Of a stretch of 64,000 nucleotides of DNA, positions 36,805-46,700 are shown piece by piece. The notes under the pieces were generated by a model. The model was not told the DNA's origin, searched no databases, and worked only from the letters and a program-made list of their open reading frames with translations. Made by a program: the position numbers and the translations under genes. The first letter of the stretch is position 1. Every line of letters begins with the position of its first letter. The stretch comes from a candidate division WOR-1 bacterium RIFOXYB2_FULL_46_45 (GTDB lineage Bacteria > Margulisbacteria > WOR-1 > XYC2-FULL-46-14), in assembly GCA_001771585.1 (NCBI GenBank), contig MEUE01000001.1:191789-255788 (forward strand), given 5' to 3'.

Positions 36805-38061
36805 TTATCGCATTATTGGCACTCTATCCACAGATTTAGACATTGCGCTTATCAACGCAAATATAAAAAAGATATATACAGAATTAATTCCTCCAACATT
36901 GATCCAGCTAAACACTATCGAAAGAAAAGCGAGCCCCAAGCCCAAATATAATATCCTTTCTTCCGTATTTTCTTTAAAACAACTTATTTGATAAGATAAT
37001 TTATTCCAAAAACTTTTTAAAAAAAATAGCCAGAGAGCCAAACCGATAATTCCAGTTTCCGCAGCTAGGCCCAAATAAAAATTGTAGGGGTAGCCCGCAC
37101 CGCCACCCTCTAATCGCATCCCTTCAAAACCATACTCCATTGATCTATTTCTATATCCCCCAATCCCGACCCCAAACAAAGGATTGGAGACAAACATCCT
37201 GGAAGCAATAATCATTCCGGTTGCTCTTTCTATCCTGGACCAATCCCTGCCTCCCAGCAATAAGATATCTGCAAATAATCCATAAAAAATGCTAGAACTA
37301 ATAACAAACACCACAAACAGAACATACCATCTTCTTTTATTACCTTTTAAAATGAAACAAGGAAACGAAATAGCGGCCAAAAAAACAGAATAAAAACCTG
37401 TGCGTCCAAACGTAAATAAAAAACCGAGTAATATTCCAAAAAAACAATAAAAGTCCCTGCGTTCAAATTTATAATATAAACGAGGCAAAAGCAGGCACAA
37501 CGGAACCGCCAAAAAACCGGCCCACATTGATGGTTCAGCTGCCAGTCCGGTTACCCTATACAGGCCAAACCAGCCGACACGATGGCCTTCGTTTGTTGGA
37601 TCCCATAATGCGAAAGAGCTATTTGCATTTCTAAACAATTTAAACACTATTGAACCGGTAGGCAGAAAAGCCTGCAAAACAGAGTAAAGCGAAAAAACAA
37701 CACAAATTAAAATAAATAAGTTAACATATCTAATTAGCTGCTTTTTACTTTGTAAAACAAAGACATTGACAAGCAAAACATAAAAAAAGAAATATATAGT
37801 ATATGTTGCCAGTTGGCTAATATGCTTTTCATTAATCATTCCCGAAAAAGAAAAATATCCTACTGTCATAAGCAAATAAACAAAAAAAACGAGAAAAAAC
37901 ACCGCTTGCACAGGAAAGTAAATTTTTGCGTTTTTTTTGCGTAGGAAAAAATATAAAATCAGCAAAGAAGTGGTGGCATACGAAATCAAAATATCCTTGC
38001 CCCCTATTTGGGCTATCGACAACACTAAAAGCGGAAGAGATAATATGAATATTACAAACAT
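36805..38061 (-). CDS. O-antigen ligase / Wzy polymerase-like membrane protein
   Basis: About 11 TM; RVTGLAAEPS, TFGRTG, ER...NPLFGVGIG, YNFYLGLAAETGIIG. Confidence 0.82.
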   Translation of the reverse strand: MFVIFILSLPLLVLSIAQIGGKDILISYATTSLLILYFFLRKKNAKIYFPVQAVFFLVFFVYLLMTVGYFSFSGMINEKHISQLATYTIYFFFYVLLVNVFVLQSKKQLIRYVNLFILICVVFSLYSVLQAFLPTGSIVFKLFRNANSSFALWDPTNEGHRVGWFGLYRVTGLAAEPSMWAGFLAVPLCLLLPRLYYKFERRDFYCFFGILLGFLFTFGRTGFYSVFLAAISFPCFILKGNKRRWYVLFVVFVISSSIFYGLFADILLLGGRDWSRIERATGMIIASRMFVSNPLFGVGIGGYRNRSMEYGFEGMRLEGGGAGYPYNFYLGLAAETGIIGLALWLFFLKSFWNKLSYQISCFKENTEERILYLGLGLAFLSIVFSWINVGGINSVYIFFIFALISAMSKSVDRVPIMR

Positions 38062-38063
38062 AT

Positions 38064-39512
38064 TTACACCTTGTTAAATCCAGGCGCAGGGATACGCCTA
38101 ACCATTTTATATAATTTAAACAAATACGAATTAGACCTTATTATTAACCCAACCGATTTTCTTAATAAAGATATCCGTGGCCGATGTCGCTTATAAACAT
38201 TGTACTCAAACCAGACACAACCGCGTTGTATCTGCCTCCTGCTAAAGCCGGGTAAGTTTAAAATGGCTTTTTCTCTTTCGTTCTCGGTATCAATTTGGCC
38301 TTTTATTAGTCCTTTTTTTTCGCAAAGGGCAAACAAATCGGTTCCCGGATAAGGATAGAAAATAGAAACAGACGTCCAATCCGGCTGGCAAAGCCGATTC
38401 ATTCTAACTGTTTCTTTGAAATCATTAATGGTTTCTCCCGGCAATCCCATCATATTTAGAAAACATACCTGTAGGCCATATTTTCTTGCCCGCTTTACAG
38501 TTCTGATAATATCATCGTTAGAATAATTGCGTTTTAAGATTTCACGGCGCACTCTTTCGCTACCGGATTCCAGCCCAATATTAACAAACCTGAAATTTGC
38601 CCTTTTAAATGCGCTAAAAATCGGTTCCACATCCAAATTGGGAGTAACCCTCAAATTAGTCCCAAAAGACCATGGACAACTAAGTCCTTTGTTAAAGTTT
38701 TCCAGTTTAGAACATAAATCGATCACCCAGTCCGCATTTGTCCCAATTGTTTCTACTTCCAAATAAATTTCCCTCTTGCTTTTCTTTTTTACATGTTTTT
38801 TTGTAAGCTCTTCTATTTCACTTAAAATATTGTCAGGAGATCGATATCTGGTATAAGTTCCACTCGCCAGCTTTCTCAATGCATGATTGCAACAATAAGT
38901 ACAATTAAATGGGCAGCCGCGCCCCAATAAAACCGCATATACGGAGTTTGGTTCTTCCTCTATCCATTCCTGCCACATTTCTCTGTCGGGAAAGGGCAAT
39001 TCATCAAGATTCTGCAAAAAAGGACGCGGCTTATTCTTTTCAATCTTATCCTCATGTTTGATCCATAGATTTGGGATTGACAAAGGAATTCTCCCTTTTT
39101 CTAATTGTGAAACTAATTCCAAAACAGGATACTCTCCCTCTCCAACACATAACGCATCAAAATCATCTAAAACCCCTTCCGGATTAAGTGAAACATGCGC
39201 TCCCCCAACCAATAAATATATGTGGGGGTATTTTTTCTTAACATATCTTGCCAAGCTGGCAACAAAAGAATATTCACTGCTTACAGCGGTAAAACATATC
39301 AAATGTGGATGATTATTGTTTATATATTCATCAAGGATTTCCTCGTTTTTATTTCCTGAAATTCGACTTAAAACCACCAGCCTTGTAGAATGTCCGTGTT
39401 TTTTCAATAAGGAAGATATGTATGATATGCCAAATTGTATTGACTCCAAAGCCCTCAATGGCTTGCGCGGTGTTACTATATTATATAATGAATAGATAAA
39501 AAGAATTTTCAT
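38064..39512 (-). CDS. B12-binding radical SAM protein
   Basis: QFGISYISSLL, VGGAHVS, GRGCPFNCTYC, IGLESGSERVR. Confidence 0.92.
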   Translation of the reverse strand: MKILFIYSLYNIVTPRKPLRALESIQFGISYISSLLKKHGHSTRLVVLSRISGNKNEEILDEYINNNHPHLICFTAVSSEYSFVASLARYVKKKYPHIYLLVGGAHVSLNPEGVLDDFDALCVGEGEYPVLELVSQLEKGRIPLSIPNLWIKHEDKIEKNKPRPFLQNLDELPFPDREMWQEWIEEEPNSVYAVLLGRGCPFNCTYCCNHALRKLASGTYTRYRSPDNILSEIEELTKKHVKKKSKREIYLEVETIGTNADWVIDLCSKLENFNKGLSCPWSFGTNLRVTPNLDVEPIFSAFKRANFRFVNIGLESGSERVRREILKRNYSNDDIIRTVKRARKYGLQVCFLNMMGLPGETINDFKETVRMNRLCQPDWTSVSIFYPYPGTDLFALCEKKGLIKGQIDTENEREKAILNLPGFSRRQIQRGCVWFEYNVYKRHRPRISLLRKSVGLIIRSNSYLFKLYKMVRRIPAPGFNKV

Positions 39513-39516
39513 AAAA

Positions 39517-40551
39517 CTATAAAGTGATAACTCTCTTAAATCGATTACGCAGGCAATGGGTGAGGCCGCTTGTTAAAAACTGTAGCTCTTTGTGCCCAAT
39601 CCCTTCTGCCATATCAAATCTTGGCAAACACTCCAAATGATTGCGATGCTCCAAAAATACATTGGCAGATCTTGTTGTGGTCGCCGTTATAAATCCGGAT
39701 TCTTTGGCGATTTCGAATTCCCTTTTCTCTACTTCTCCCCTCCCTCCATTTGGATAAGCGAAATGCTTAATCTCGTAGTTGAGTTGCGATTCAAGCATTG
39801 TCTTTGAACCAAGTATCTCTTTTTTTACATCAGCCCCTGACAAGTTTTTAAGAACCAAATGATTTATTGTGTGAGCCCCAATCGTTACTAACGGATCTTT
39901 ATTTAGCTTCTTGATCTGATCCCAAGAAAGCACTAGCTCGTCTGTTTTTTTATACGCATCGATTTTAAATAAATTAAAAATCTTTCCGGCTTTATCCGCA
40001 AGCTCACTTTCGTTGCAGCCCCTTAGCAAAAACCCAATGTTTAAATAGGCCCTTTCTTTTCCTTCTATTGTAGAACAATCAAAGTCATATTTTTTATTGT
40101 CTAGCTCAAAAGAAATTTTTTTGTTATCAAACAACAAATCACTTAGCGAATGCCACCACATGATTGCTTGTCTGTCTATGAAACCGCTTGTTATATATAT
40201 AGTGAAAGGTATATTGTATTTTTTAAAGATCGGATAAGCAAAAGTAAAGTTGTCAACGTATCCATCATCAAAAGTAAAAACAACATATTTCTTATCAACC
40301 TTTTTGCTGTTCAAAACCATGACTAATTGATCCAATGATACAACTTCATATTTTTGATCAAGGAAATATTTAATGACCATTTCCAGATAAGCGGGAGTTA
40401 CTTCAATCCCCTTACACCAAATCGACTTCTCAATCCCATTATCCGGGCACACCCTGTGGAATATCAAAATATGTCCTATACCAGAATAAAATGGTTTGGC
40501 CAAAGTATAAAATCTGCTCTTATCCAATAACTTCAACAATAATTTTCTCAA
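39517..40551 (-). CDS. Polysaccharide deacetylase (CE4/NodB-like)
   Basis: ILIFHRV, FTFDDGYVDN, IGAHTINH, HFAYPNG; TTG start overlapping the upstream stop. Confidence 0.87.
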   Translation of the reverse strand: MRKLLLKLLDKSRFYTLAKPFYSGIGHILIFHRVCPDNGIEKSIWCKGIEVTPAYLEMVIKYFLDQKYEVVSLDQLVMVLNSKKVDKKYVVFTFDDGYVDNFTFAYPIFKKYNIPFTIYITSGFIDRQAIMWWHSLSDLLFDNKKISFELDNKKYDFDCSTIEGKERAYLNIGFLLRGCNESELADKAGKIFNLFKIDAYKKTDELVLSWDQIKKLNKDPLVTIGAHTINHLVLKNLSGADVKKEILGSKTMLESQLNYEIKHFAYPNGGRGEVEKREFEIAKESGFITATTTRSANVFLEHRNHLECLPRFDMAEGIGHKELQFLTSGLTHCLRNRFKRVITL

Positions 40552-41309
40552 GATAAACTTGCACCGCCATCTACAACAAAACACTGGCCCGTAATCCACC
40601 GAGCATTATTTGAAAGCAAAAAACAAGTAATATTGGCAATATCTTCAGGTTTCCCTAACCCCAAAATATGTTTATTTAATATTTCATTTAAGCGTTCTGG
40701 CGGGATATTATCACCCACCTCCCCCTTCATCTCCGTATCAACAAGTCCGGGTAATATGGAATTAACCCTTATTCCATTCCTAGCCACTTCAACCGCCATA
40801 GCTTTTACCGCCGAATCTATCGCCCCTTTTGAGGCACTATAATTAATTACCCCGGACCGCCCCCTTATTGAACTTATTGAGGAAATAAAAACTATCCCCC
40901 CACCCTCATTCACCACCACCTTTTTATTGCAAAAACCCTTACACAACGCAATATCTGAAAAATAATTAATATCAAACAATTGTTTTGCTCTCTCAACATC
41001 AAAGGCCCGAAGGGATACCATCTGCATAATTCCTGCTGACAATATCAGTCCCCTCATCTTTCCATATTTTTGAGCTAATCCTAATACCCAATTTGGCAAA
41101 TTTTCAATATCTTCAGTTAAATCCTTGACCTCAAAAAACATTTTTTGGGGAGTGTTTGATAAATCTTTTATTTTCTCCAGTTTTTCTTTGTTTCTGGCAA
41201 CAGCTATAACTGTACCCCCCAATTCATTTATCTTCAGCGCAATAGCTTTCCCCAAACCGGAACTACCACCAGTTACAAGAAATATCTCATTCTCGCTAAA
41301 TTTAATCAT
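40548..41309 (-). CDS. FabG-like 3-oxoacyl-ACP reductase (classical SDR)
   Basis: VTGGSSGLG, ISSIS, YSASKGA, RVNSILPG, WITGQCFVVDGG. Confidence 0.85.
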   Translation of the reverse strand: MIKFSENEIFLVTGGSSGLGKAIALKINELGGTVIAVARNKEKLEKIKDLSNTPQKMFFEVKDLTEDIENLPNWVLGLAQKYGKMRGLILSAGIMQMVSLRAFDVERAKQLFDINYFSDIALCKGFCNKKVVVNEGGGIVFISSISSIRGRSGVINYSASKGAIDSAVKAMAVEVARNGIRVNSILPGLVDTEMKGEVGDNIPPERLNEILNKHILGLGKPEDIANITCFLLSNNARWITGQCFVVDGGASLS

Positions 41310-41312
41310 TGT

Positions 41313-41540
41313 TTACTCCAATTTGCCATTTGCAAGCTTTATTAAATCACCAATATTATATAATTTACTAATATCATTATACTTATACTTAATAGAAAAA
41401 TACTTATCGAAGATCGCGATTATTGACAAAGCAGCCAAAGAGTCCCATTCTTCCAATTCTGCTAAAACCATGTCTTCTGTTAATTCGCCGTCTCGCTGAA
41501 GTGCTTCTTTAATTGTATTTATAAACTCATCTTTTTTCAT
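41313..41540 (-). CDS. Acyl carrier protein
   Basis: 75 aa, acidic, EWDSLAALSI phosphopantetheine motif. Confidence 0.88.
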   Translation of the reverse strand: MKKDEFINTIKEALQRDGELTEDMVLAELEEWDSLAALSIIAIFDKYFSIKYKYNDISKLYNIGDLIKLANGKLE

Positions 41541-42621
41541 TATTTTGCTCACCCCCCTTATAAAACTCAATTGTTGAATATATTTGATCTAAAGATAAAA
41601 CAGCCGTTCCCCAAGATAAACCAACCCCAAATCCGGCCAATATAACCATTTTGTTTTCAGCAATTTTACCGCAAACAGAATCACAAATTGTTACAGGAAT
41701 TGAGGCGCAACTTTGATTGCCATACTTTGTTATAATATCCGAAGGTATTTTCTCCATAGGAAAATCTATTTTCCTGGCGATATTTTCGATAATATATTTA
41801 TTCGCCTGATGAAAAATAACATGGTCAATATCTTCTGGTTTCTTATCGGAAAAGCTCAATATTTCGCTTATCGCGGAAGGGATCTCATTTATTGCAAAAG
41901 AAAATATGTCTGAACCATTTATATACAAATCTTCTTGGCTTCTAACATTATTCTCATCATCCCTAATTTCTTTTGCGGTGGTAGCACTCTTTGGCATTCT
42001 AAAACCACCAGCCGGCAGTATAATTGAATCATATCCTCTTCCATCCGAATGCAAGATAAAATGCGCCGGTTTATTCTCTTCGGACCTTTGGATTAAAGTA
42101 GCACTTCCAGCATCACCAAACAAAGGAGCAGCAGATCGATCTTTTGGGTTAACACATTTACTTATGGTGTCTCCTGCCAGCAATAACACATTTCTACAAC
42201 TGCCGGCCTCTATCATCAAATGGGATAACCAAAGCCCGTAAACATATCCGGAACATCCTAAATTCACATCAAAAGCCGCGCAATCTTTAGACAATTTTAA
42301 CTTGCCATGCAAATAACAAGAGGTCGAAGGAATAAAATAATCTGGGGTTTGTGAAACAAATATCAGAGCATCTATATCTTCAGGGTTAAAAGACAAAGAC
42401 TTAAACATTATATTGGCCGCATATTCACACAAATCCGAAGAAGTTGTTCTTTCGTCAACCACAAATCTGACATCAAGCCCTATCCGCCTTCTTATTCTTT
42501 CAATCTGTTTTATGTCGCCACCATAAAGATCTATTTCATCTACAATTGACTTTCTGATGGGAGGAATAATAGAAGCAATTCCCGAGATTTTTACATTGGA
42601 AAACTTAGATTTTGCCGACAT
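41527..42621 (-). CDS. FabH-like ketoacyl-ACP synthase III (long)
   Basis: Catalytic triad motifs NLGCSGYVYG, FHQAN, YGNQSCASIP; GFGVGLSWG. Confidence 0.9.
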   Translation of the reverse strand: MSAKSKFSNVKISGIASIIPPIRKSIVDEIDLYGGDIKQIERIRRRIGLDVRFVVDERTTSSDLCEYAANIMFKSLSFNPEDIDALIFVSQTPDYFIPSTSCYLHGKLKLSKDCAAFDVNLGCSGYVYGLWLSHLMIEAGSCRNVLLLAGDTISKCVNPKDRSAAPLFGDAGSATLIQRSEENKPAHFILHSDGRGYDSIILPAGGFRMPKSATTAKEIRDDENNVRSQEDLYINGSDIFSFAINEIPSAISEILSFSDKKPEDIDHVIFHQANKYIIENIARKIDFPMEKIPSDIITKYGNQSCASIPVTICDSVCGKIAENKMVILAGFGVGLSWGTAVLSLDQIYSTIEFYKGGEQNNEKR

Positions 42622-42626
42622 ATTTT

Positions 42627-43550
42627 TTATACCCTTCCTAATATATTCCCAGACCAAGATAGCCCAACACCAAAACCAGAAATCAATATCGTTTTATTGT
42701 TTTCTTTCTGAATCTCCTTTGATAATATAATCGGTATCGATGAAGAAATCGTATTGCCATATTCCTCCGCATCAAATACAACTTTTTCATTAGGAAGTCC
42801 CAGTATGCGTGCTATACTATCGACAATATATTTGCTCCCCTGATGAAACACGAACTTATCGACTTCGTGAATTTTAATATTATTTTTTTTCAACAGCAAT
42901 TCAATATCCCGAGGGACATATTCCAAGGCAAAATCAAAAACAGCATGGCCATCCATAAACAGCTCACCGTTTTCGCATTTTAGTTCTTGGCAACGCTTGC
43001 CAACAGTACCAAAGGTGCACTTGCCGGATTGATATATTGGTTTGTTTGAAATGATTGTAACTGTTGCGGCATCGCCAAAAAGCAATGAAGTAACCTTATC
43101 TTTCCTGTTTATTATTTTTGAATATGGATCCGCAGTAAACAACAGCCCTTTCGTAAAATTATTTTCCTTCATAAAAGACTCAATTATTGATAGGCCATAA
43201 ACATAACCAGAACATCCAAGTGAAATATCAAAACAAGCGCAATTCTCGGATAAATCCAGCTTCCCATGAACAATTGCGGAAGTGTGCGGTATATTCATAT
43301 CGGGATTTTGAGTTATTACGACAAGAACCTCTACGTCTCCGATATTAACATCGCCCTTTTTATTAATAACATTCTTGTATGCTTTAATGCATAGATCAGA
43401 GGTCTCATCGGCAGCATTTTTAATGAGTGTTTTTTTTATCCCCAGTTTTTTTTCAATAAAATGGTCATTGATCCCAAACATTTCTTTTTGATCATAATTT
43501 GAAATGCTGTTTTCAGGCAAATAAAATGATATGTCTTCTATTCCAATCAT
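42627..43550 (-). CDS. FabH-like ketoacyl-ACP synthase III (short)
   Basis: SLGCSGYVYG, FHQGS, YGNTISSSIP, GFGVGLSWS. Confidence 0.9.
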   Translation of the reverse strand: MIGIEDISFYLPENSISNYDQKEMFGINDHFIEKKLGIKKTLIKNAADETSDLCIKAYKNVINKKGDVNIGDVEVLVVITQNPDMNIPHTSAIVHGKLDLSENCACFDISLGCSGYVYGLSIIESFMKENNFTKGLLFTADPYSKIINRKDKVTSLLFGDAATVTIISNKPIYQSGKCTFGTVGKRCQELKCENGELFMDGHAVFDFALEYVPRDIELLLKKNNIKIHEVDKFVFHQGSKYIVDSIARILGLPNEKVVFDAEEYGNTISSSIPIILSKEIQKENNKTILISGFGVGLSWSGNILGRV

Positions 43551-43564
43551 AAGCTCTCTCCGTT

Positions 43565-44428
43565 TTAAAAAACAGGCAAAATCAACAACTCCGTATAAAG
43601 ATTATCTGTGATATCATTTCGACCTAAAGTATTAGACAGAAATATTCTTCGGACACTACAATTTATAGAATATTTGATATTATGACCCATTAAAAATCTT
43701 TCGTCCATCAATAAGCCCAATATCCCCAAGCGCAGGCAAACTAAAAACCTTATTTGGGGCATAAACTCAAAAAACACATCAAAATTGCTAATATAATGTA
43801 TTTCTGCCAATGGCATGTTTTTTCTTTTTGTTTTCTTAGCAATAAAATAACAATAGTTGTCTTTTGTTTTAATCACAAAATGTAAGCACCTAAATTTTAG
43901 GTGGTCATGGTAAAATTTTAAATCCTTATCATTCAAACACCTTCTTACAATATCTGGATTTAGCTCAATAGAACATTTATTAAATAATAAGCTTAATGTT
44001 GGTACTGGCAATAGAATTTTAGAGATCGTATCAAGTTCTTTATATCCAAAAGACTTGTATGCGGACAAAACCGCTTTATTCCCAGGATTCAGTCCTGTTA
44101 TTGTATAATTATTTGCTAAGCTGACAACCTCGGAAAGGATTGAAAGCCCCACCCCTTCTTTTCTATATTCCTTTTTCACAATCCAGGTTGACATATTGCA
44201 AATCTTCTCTGGTTTTCCCCTTATTAATCTTTCACTAAAAATCAAGCCCATAAATCCTACCGCTCTGTTTTGATCAAATGCTGCATATCCAAAATAATCT
44301 TCACTCCCACCATAATGAGTTACAAACAATTGTTGCCAATCGGATTTAGCCAAAGAACTATCCATTTCTTGCAATAATGGATAAATTGCCTCAAAATCTT
44401 CTGCCTTAGCCTTTCTTACTGTCAACAA
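43565..44428 (-). CDS. GNAT-family acyltransferase
   Basis: VRKAKAEDFEAI, AVGFMG, NMSTWIVKKEYRKEGVG motif A. Confidence 0.8.
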   Translation of the reverse strand: MLTVRKAKAEDFEAIYPLLQEMDSSLAKSDWQQLFVTHYGGSEDYFGYAAFDQNRAVGFMGLIFSERLIRGKPEKICNMSTWIVKKEYRKEGVGLSILSEVVSLANNYTITGLNPGNKAVLSAYKSFGYKELDTISKILLPVPTLSLLFNKCSIELNPDIVRRCLNDKDLKFYHDHLKFRCLHFVIKTKDNYCYFIAKKTKRKNMPLAEIHYISNFDVFFEFMPQIRFLVCLRLGILGLLMDERFLMGHNIKYSINCSVRRIFLSNTLGRNDITDNLYTELLILPVF

Positions 44429-44445
44429 CTTAAACTCCTTCGTTT

Positions 44446-45372
44446 TTATTTCTGAACACAGTTCCCTATAATTCCGCTTCTTTTTTCAATTCTTCTAGCG
44501 TAAATCATTTTAAAAAAATGAACAGGAGATAACAAAAAAGATTTAGCAAGACTAACTAAAAATTGAATGTATTTTTTTTGCGAATGGTGTTTCGCTGCAG
44601 TAATAAAATGCACTCCACTTAAGGATTTATTGCGAAGAATGATCCTATCAATAGGATTCCGAACATTAAATTTTTTATAATATTTGTTCAGAACATTGAT
44701 CCAATTTTTACAAACCAATCCAAAATCATTGCTCAAATTAGATTCATGCATCCTCCATTTACCAAGTGTTTCATTAATGAAATAAAAATTGTATCCATGA
44801 TAGGCAATCCTTAACCATGCCTCATAGTCTTCCGCATGGACAAAATCTTTACTTTCATCAAATCCTCCTATTTTAGCAAACACCCTTTTTGCTACTACAG
44901 TTGCACTTCCGTTTAAGCAATTGCCAACTGTTAGAAGCTGTCTAAACATATTTTCACTCAACGGTCCAACCCTGTCTACAATATTAAGATCTGACTTGCC
45001 CTTTTCAAATATCGACACATCATGAGAAAGAATATCAATTTCAGGTTTTTCCATAAAAACCCGCATAACCTTCTCCAGTTTATCCTCATGCCATATATCA
45101 TCTGAATCTAAAAAAGCCACATAGTCGCCCTCTGCCAGTTTGATTCCCGTATTTCTCGGTCCGGCAACAGATCCTGTATCACTTTGGTAGTGATATCTTA
45201 ATTTGTCCCAGGCAAGGTTCCTTACAACCTCTTCCGTATTATCAATTGAACCATTATTAACCACGATCACCTCATAATTCTGATAGGTTTGAGCCTTAAC
45301 TGAAGCTAAACACTCCGGCAAAAAGTGCGCGTGGTTATGGGTAGCAATTACTACGGATACTTTGGGTATCAT
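44446..45372 (-). CDS. GT2 glycosyltransferase
   Basis: VSVVIATHN, PRNTGI, AFLDSDDIW, AEDYEAWLR. Confidence 0.9.
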   Translation of the reverse strand: MIPKVSVVIATHNHAHFLPECLASVKAQTYQNYEVIVVNNGSIDNTEEVVRNLAWDKLRYHYQSDTGSVAGPRNTGIKLAEGDYVAFLDSDDIWHEDKLEKVMRVFMEKPEIDILSHDVSIFEKGKSDLNIVDRVGPLSENMFRQLLTVGNCLNGSATVVAKRVFAKIGGFDESKDFVHAEDYEAWLRIAYHGYNFYFINETLGKWRMHESNLSNDFGLVCKNWINVLNKYYKKFNVRNPIDRIILRNKSLSGVHFITAAKHHSQKKYIQFLVSLAKSFLLSPVHFFKMIYARRIEKRSGIIGNCVQK

Positions 45373-46242
45373 TTATTCACTTTTTAACTCCTCAAGCATT
45401 GTTTTGCAATATCTTTCTATTGCGTCTTCCCAATTCGGCATGGGAGACAACCCAATAAACTTCAGATTCCAATTATGAAGCATTTCACAGTCAGGGACAT
45501 TCGCTTTACGGGGAAAAAGTCCGGAATCCACCGGCACAACCTTAGTTTTTAATCCGCAATTCTCAACAATTTTTTTAACATAGTCGGCTCGGCTTCCTCC
45601 TCCATTACCTGTAACATGATATAATCCCGGACGATCAGCCATAAGAATTTCATCAATCTTCATAACAAGATCACCAATATAGGTAGGAGAACCAAATTTA
45701 TCCCCTGCAGTTTTGATCTCACCCCCCTTTGAAGCCTCTAAATAACGCTGATAAACAAAGTTTTTAGGCTGTTTAACGCTTCCTCCAAACAACCATCCCG
45801 GACGTATAGCAAAAGTTCTCTCGCACTCTTTTATTGCAAGGACTTCGCCCTGGTGCTTAGCCCGCGCATACACTGTTTTTAAAACAACCGGATCATATTC
45901 TGAATAATATTTTACCTCATCGCCAAAATAGCCGCAGGAACTAATATAGACAAATCCTGAGTTATTTTTTTGGCAAATCCTGGCCAAATTACTGGTTGCC
46001 CAGGAATTGAGCTTAAAAGCCATTTCCGGATGTTCTTCACAATCATTCACGTGTAATGCGGCCGTATGCAAAACGTAATCTGGCTTGAAATGCAAAATGG
46101 CATCTTCAACCTTACCTATTTCAAGTATATTTAGCTGGCCAATAGTCGGAGCAAAAACATCGTCCCCTCTTTTGGAATAAAAAAACTCCATTTCTGATGC
46201 AAGCATCCCTCCTCCGCCAGTTATAAATATTTTCCTTTTCAT
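45373..46242 (-). CDS. RmlD-like NDP-4-keto-6-deoxyhexose reductase
   Basis: ITGGGGMLA, HTAA, YISS, YARAK, GSPTY, R....LHN. Confidence 0.85.
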   Translation of the reverse strand: MKRKIFITGGGGMLASEMEFFYSKRGDDVFAPTIGQLNILEIGKVEDAILHFKPDYVLHTAALHVNDCEEHPEMAFKLNSWATSNLARICQKNNSGFVYISSCGYFGDEVKYYSEYDPVVLKTVYARAKHQGEVLAIKECERTFAIRPGWLFGGSVKQPKNFVYQRYLEASKGGEIKTAGDKFGSPTYIGDLVMKIDEILMADRPGLYHVTGNGGGSRADYVKKIVENCGLKTKVVPVDSGLFPRKANVPDCEMLHNWNLKFIGLSPMPNWEDAIERYCKTMLEELKSE

Positions 46243-46688
46243 TTGTGTTTTAAGCCCCAATCATATTTAATATGATTTTTAAGCGGATCATAGCGCAGCA
46301 TTTCATCGGGTTCATGCGGCAGGTCAGCACAATTTGCAACTATAGCCGGTTTGACCCCAATTGTTTTGTAACCATTAACTACCCCAACCGGAATTCGGAT
46401 CAATTGATAATTATCTTCTCCGGTAAATATCTCCATCAATTCGCCCTTTGTCTTTGAGTCTTTTCTCTCATCAAACAAAACCAGCTTGATCATTCCGGAA
46501 ATTACGGCATAAAATTGGGTTTGTTTTGTATGCAGGTGCCAACCTTTGATCACTCCCGGGTAAGCCACGGAAAAATATACTTCCCCAAATTTCTCAAAAT
46601 GCGGATCCGTAGACTTCAGCATATGCATAATCATTCCGCGTTCATCCGGGATTTTCCTTAATTGAATAATTTTTACTCCGTCTATCAT
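46239..46688 (-). CDS. RmlC-like 3,5-epimerase (cupin)
   Basis: DERG, GEVYFSVAYPGVIKGWHLH, IPVGVVNGY. Confidence 0.87.
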   Translation of the reverse strand: MIDGVKIIQLRKIPDERGMIMHMLKSTDPHFEKFGEVYFSVAYPGVIKGWHLHTKQTQFYAVISGMIKLVLFDERKDSKTKGELMEIFTGEDNYQLIRIPVGVVNGYKTIGVKPAIVANCADLPHEPDEMLRYDPLKNHIKYDWGLKHK

Positions 46689-46700
46689 AATAACTCCTTT

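Noticed and set aside
20354-39512. RiPP or hopanoid cluster explaining the radical SAM genes
   Set aside because: No precursor peptide, peptidase/exporter or squalene-hopene cyclase in the window; neighbours are glycosyltransferases. A hopanoid link elsewhere in the genome cannot be excluded.
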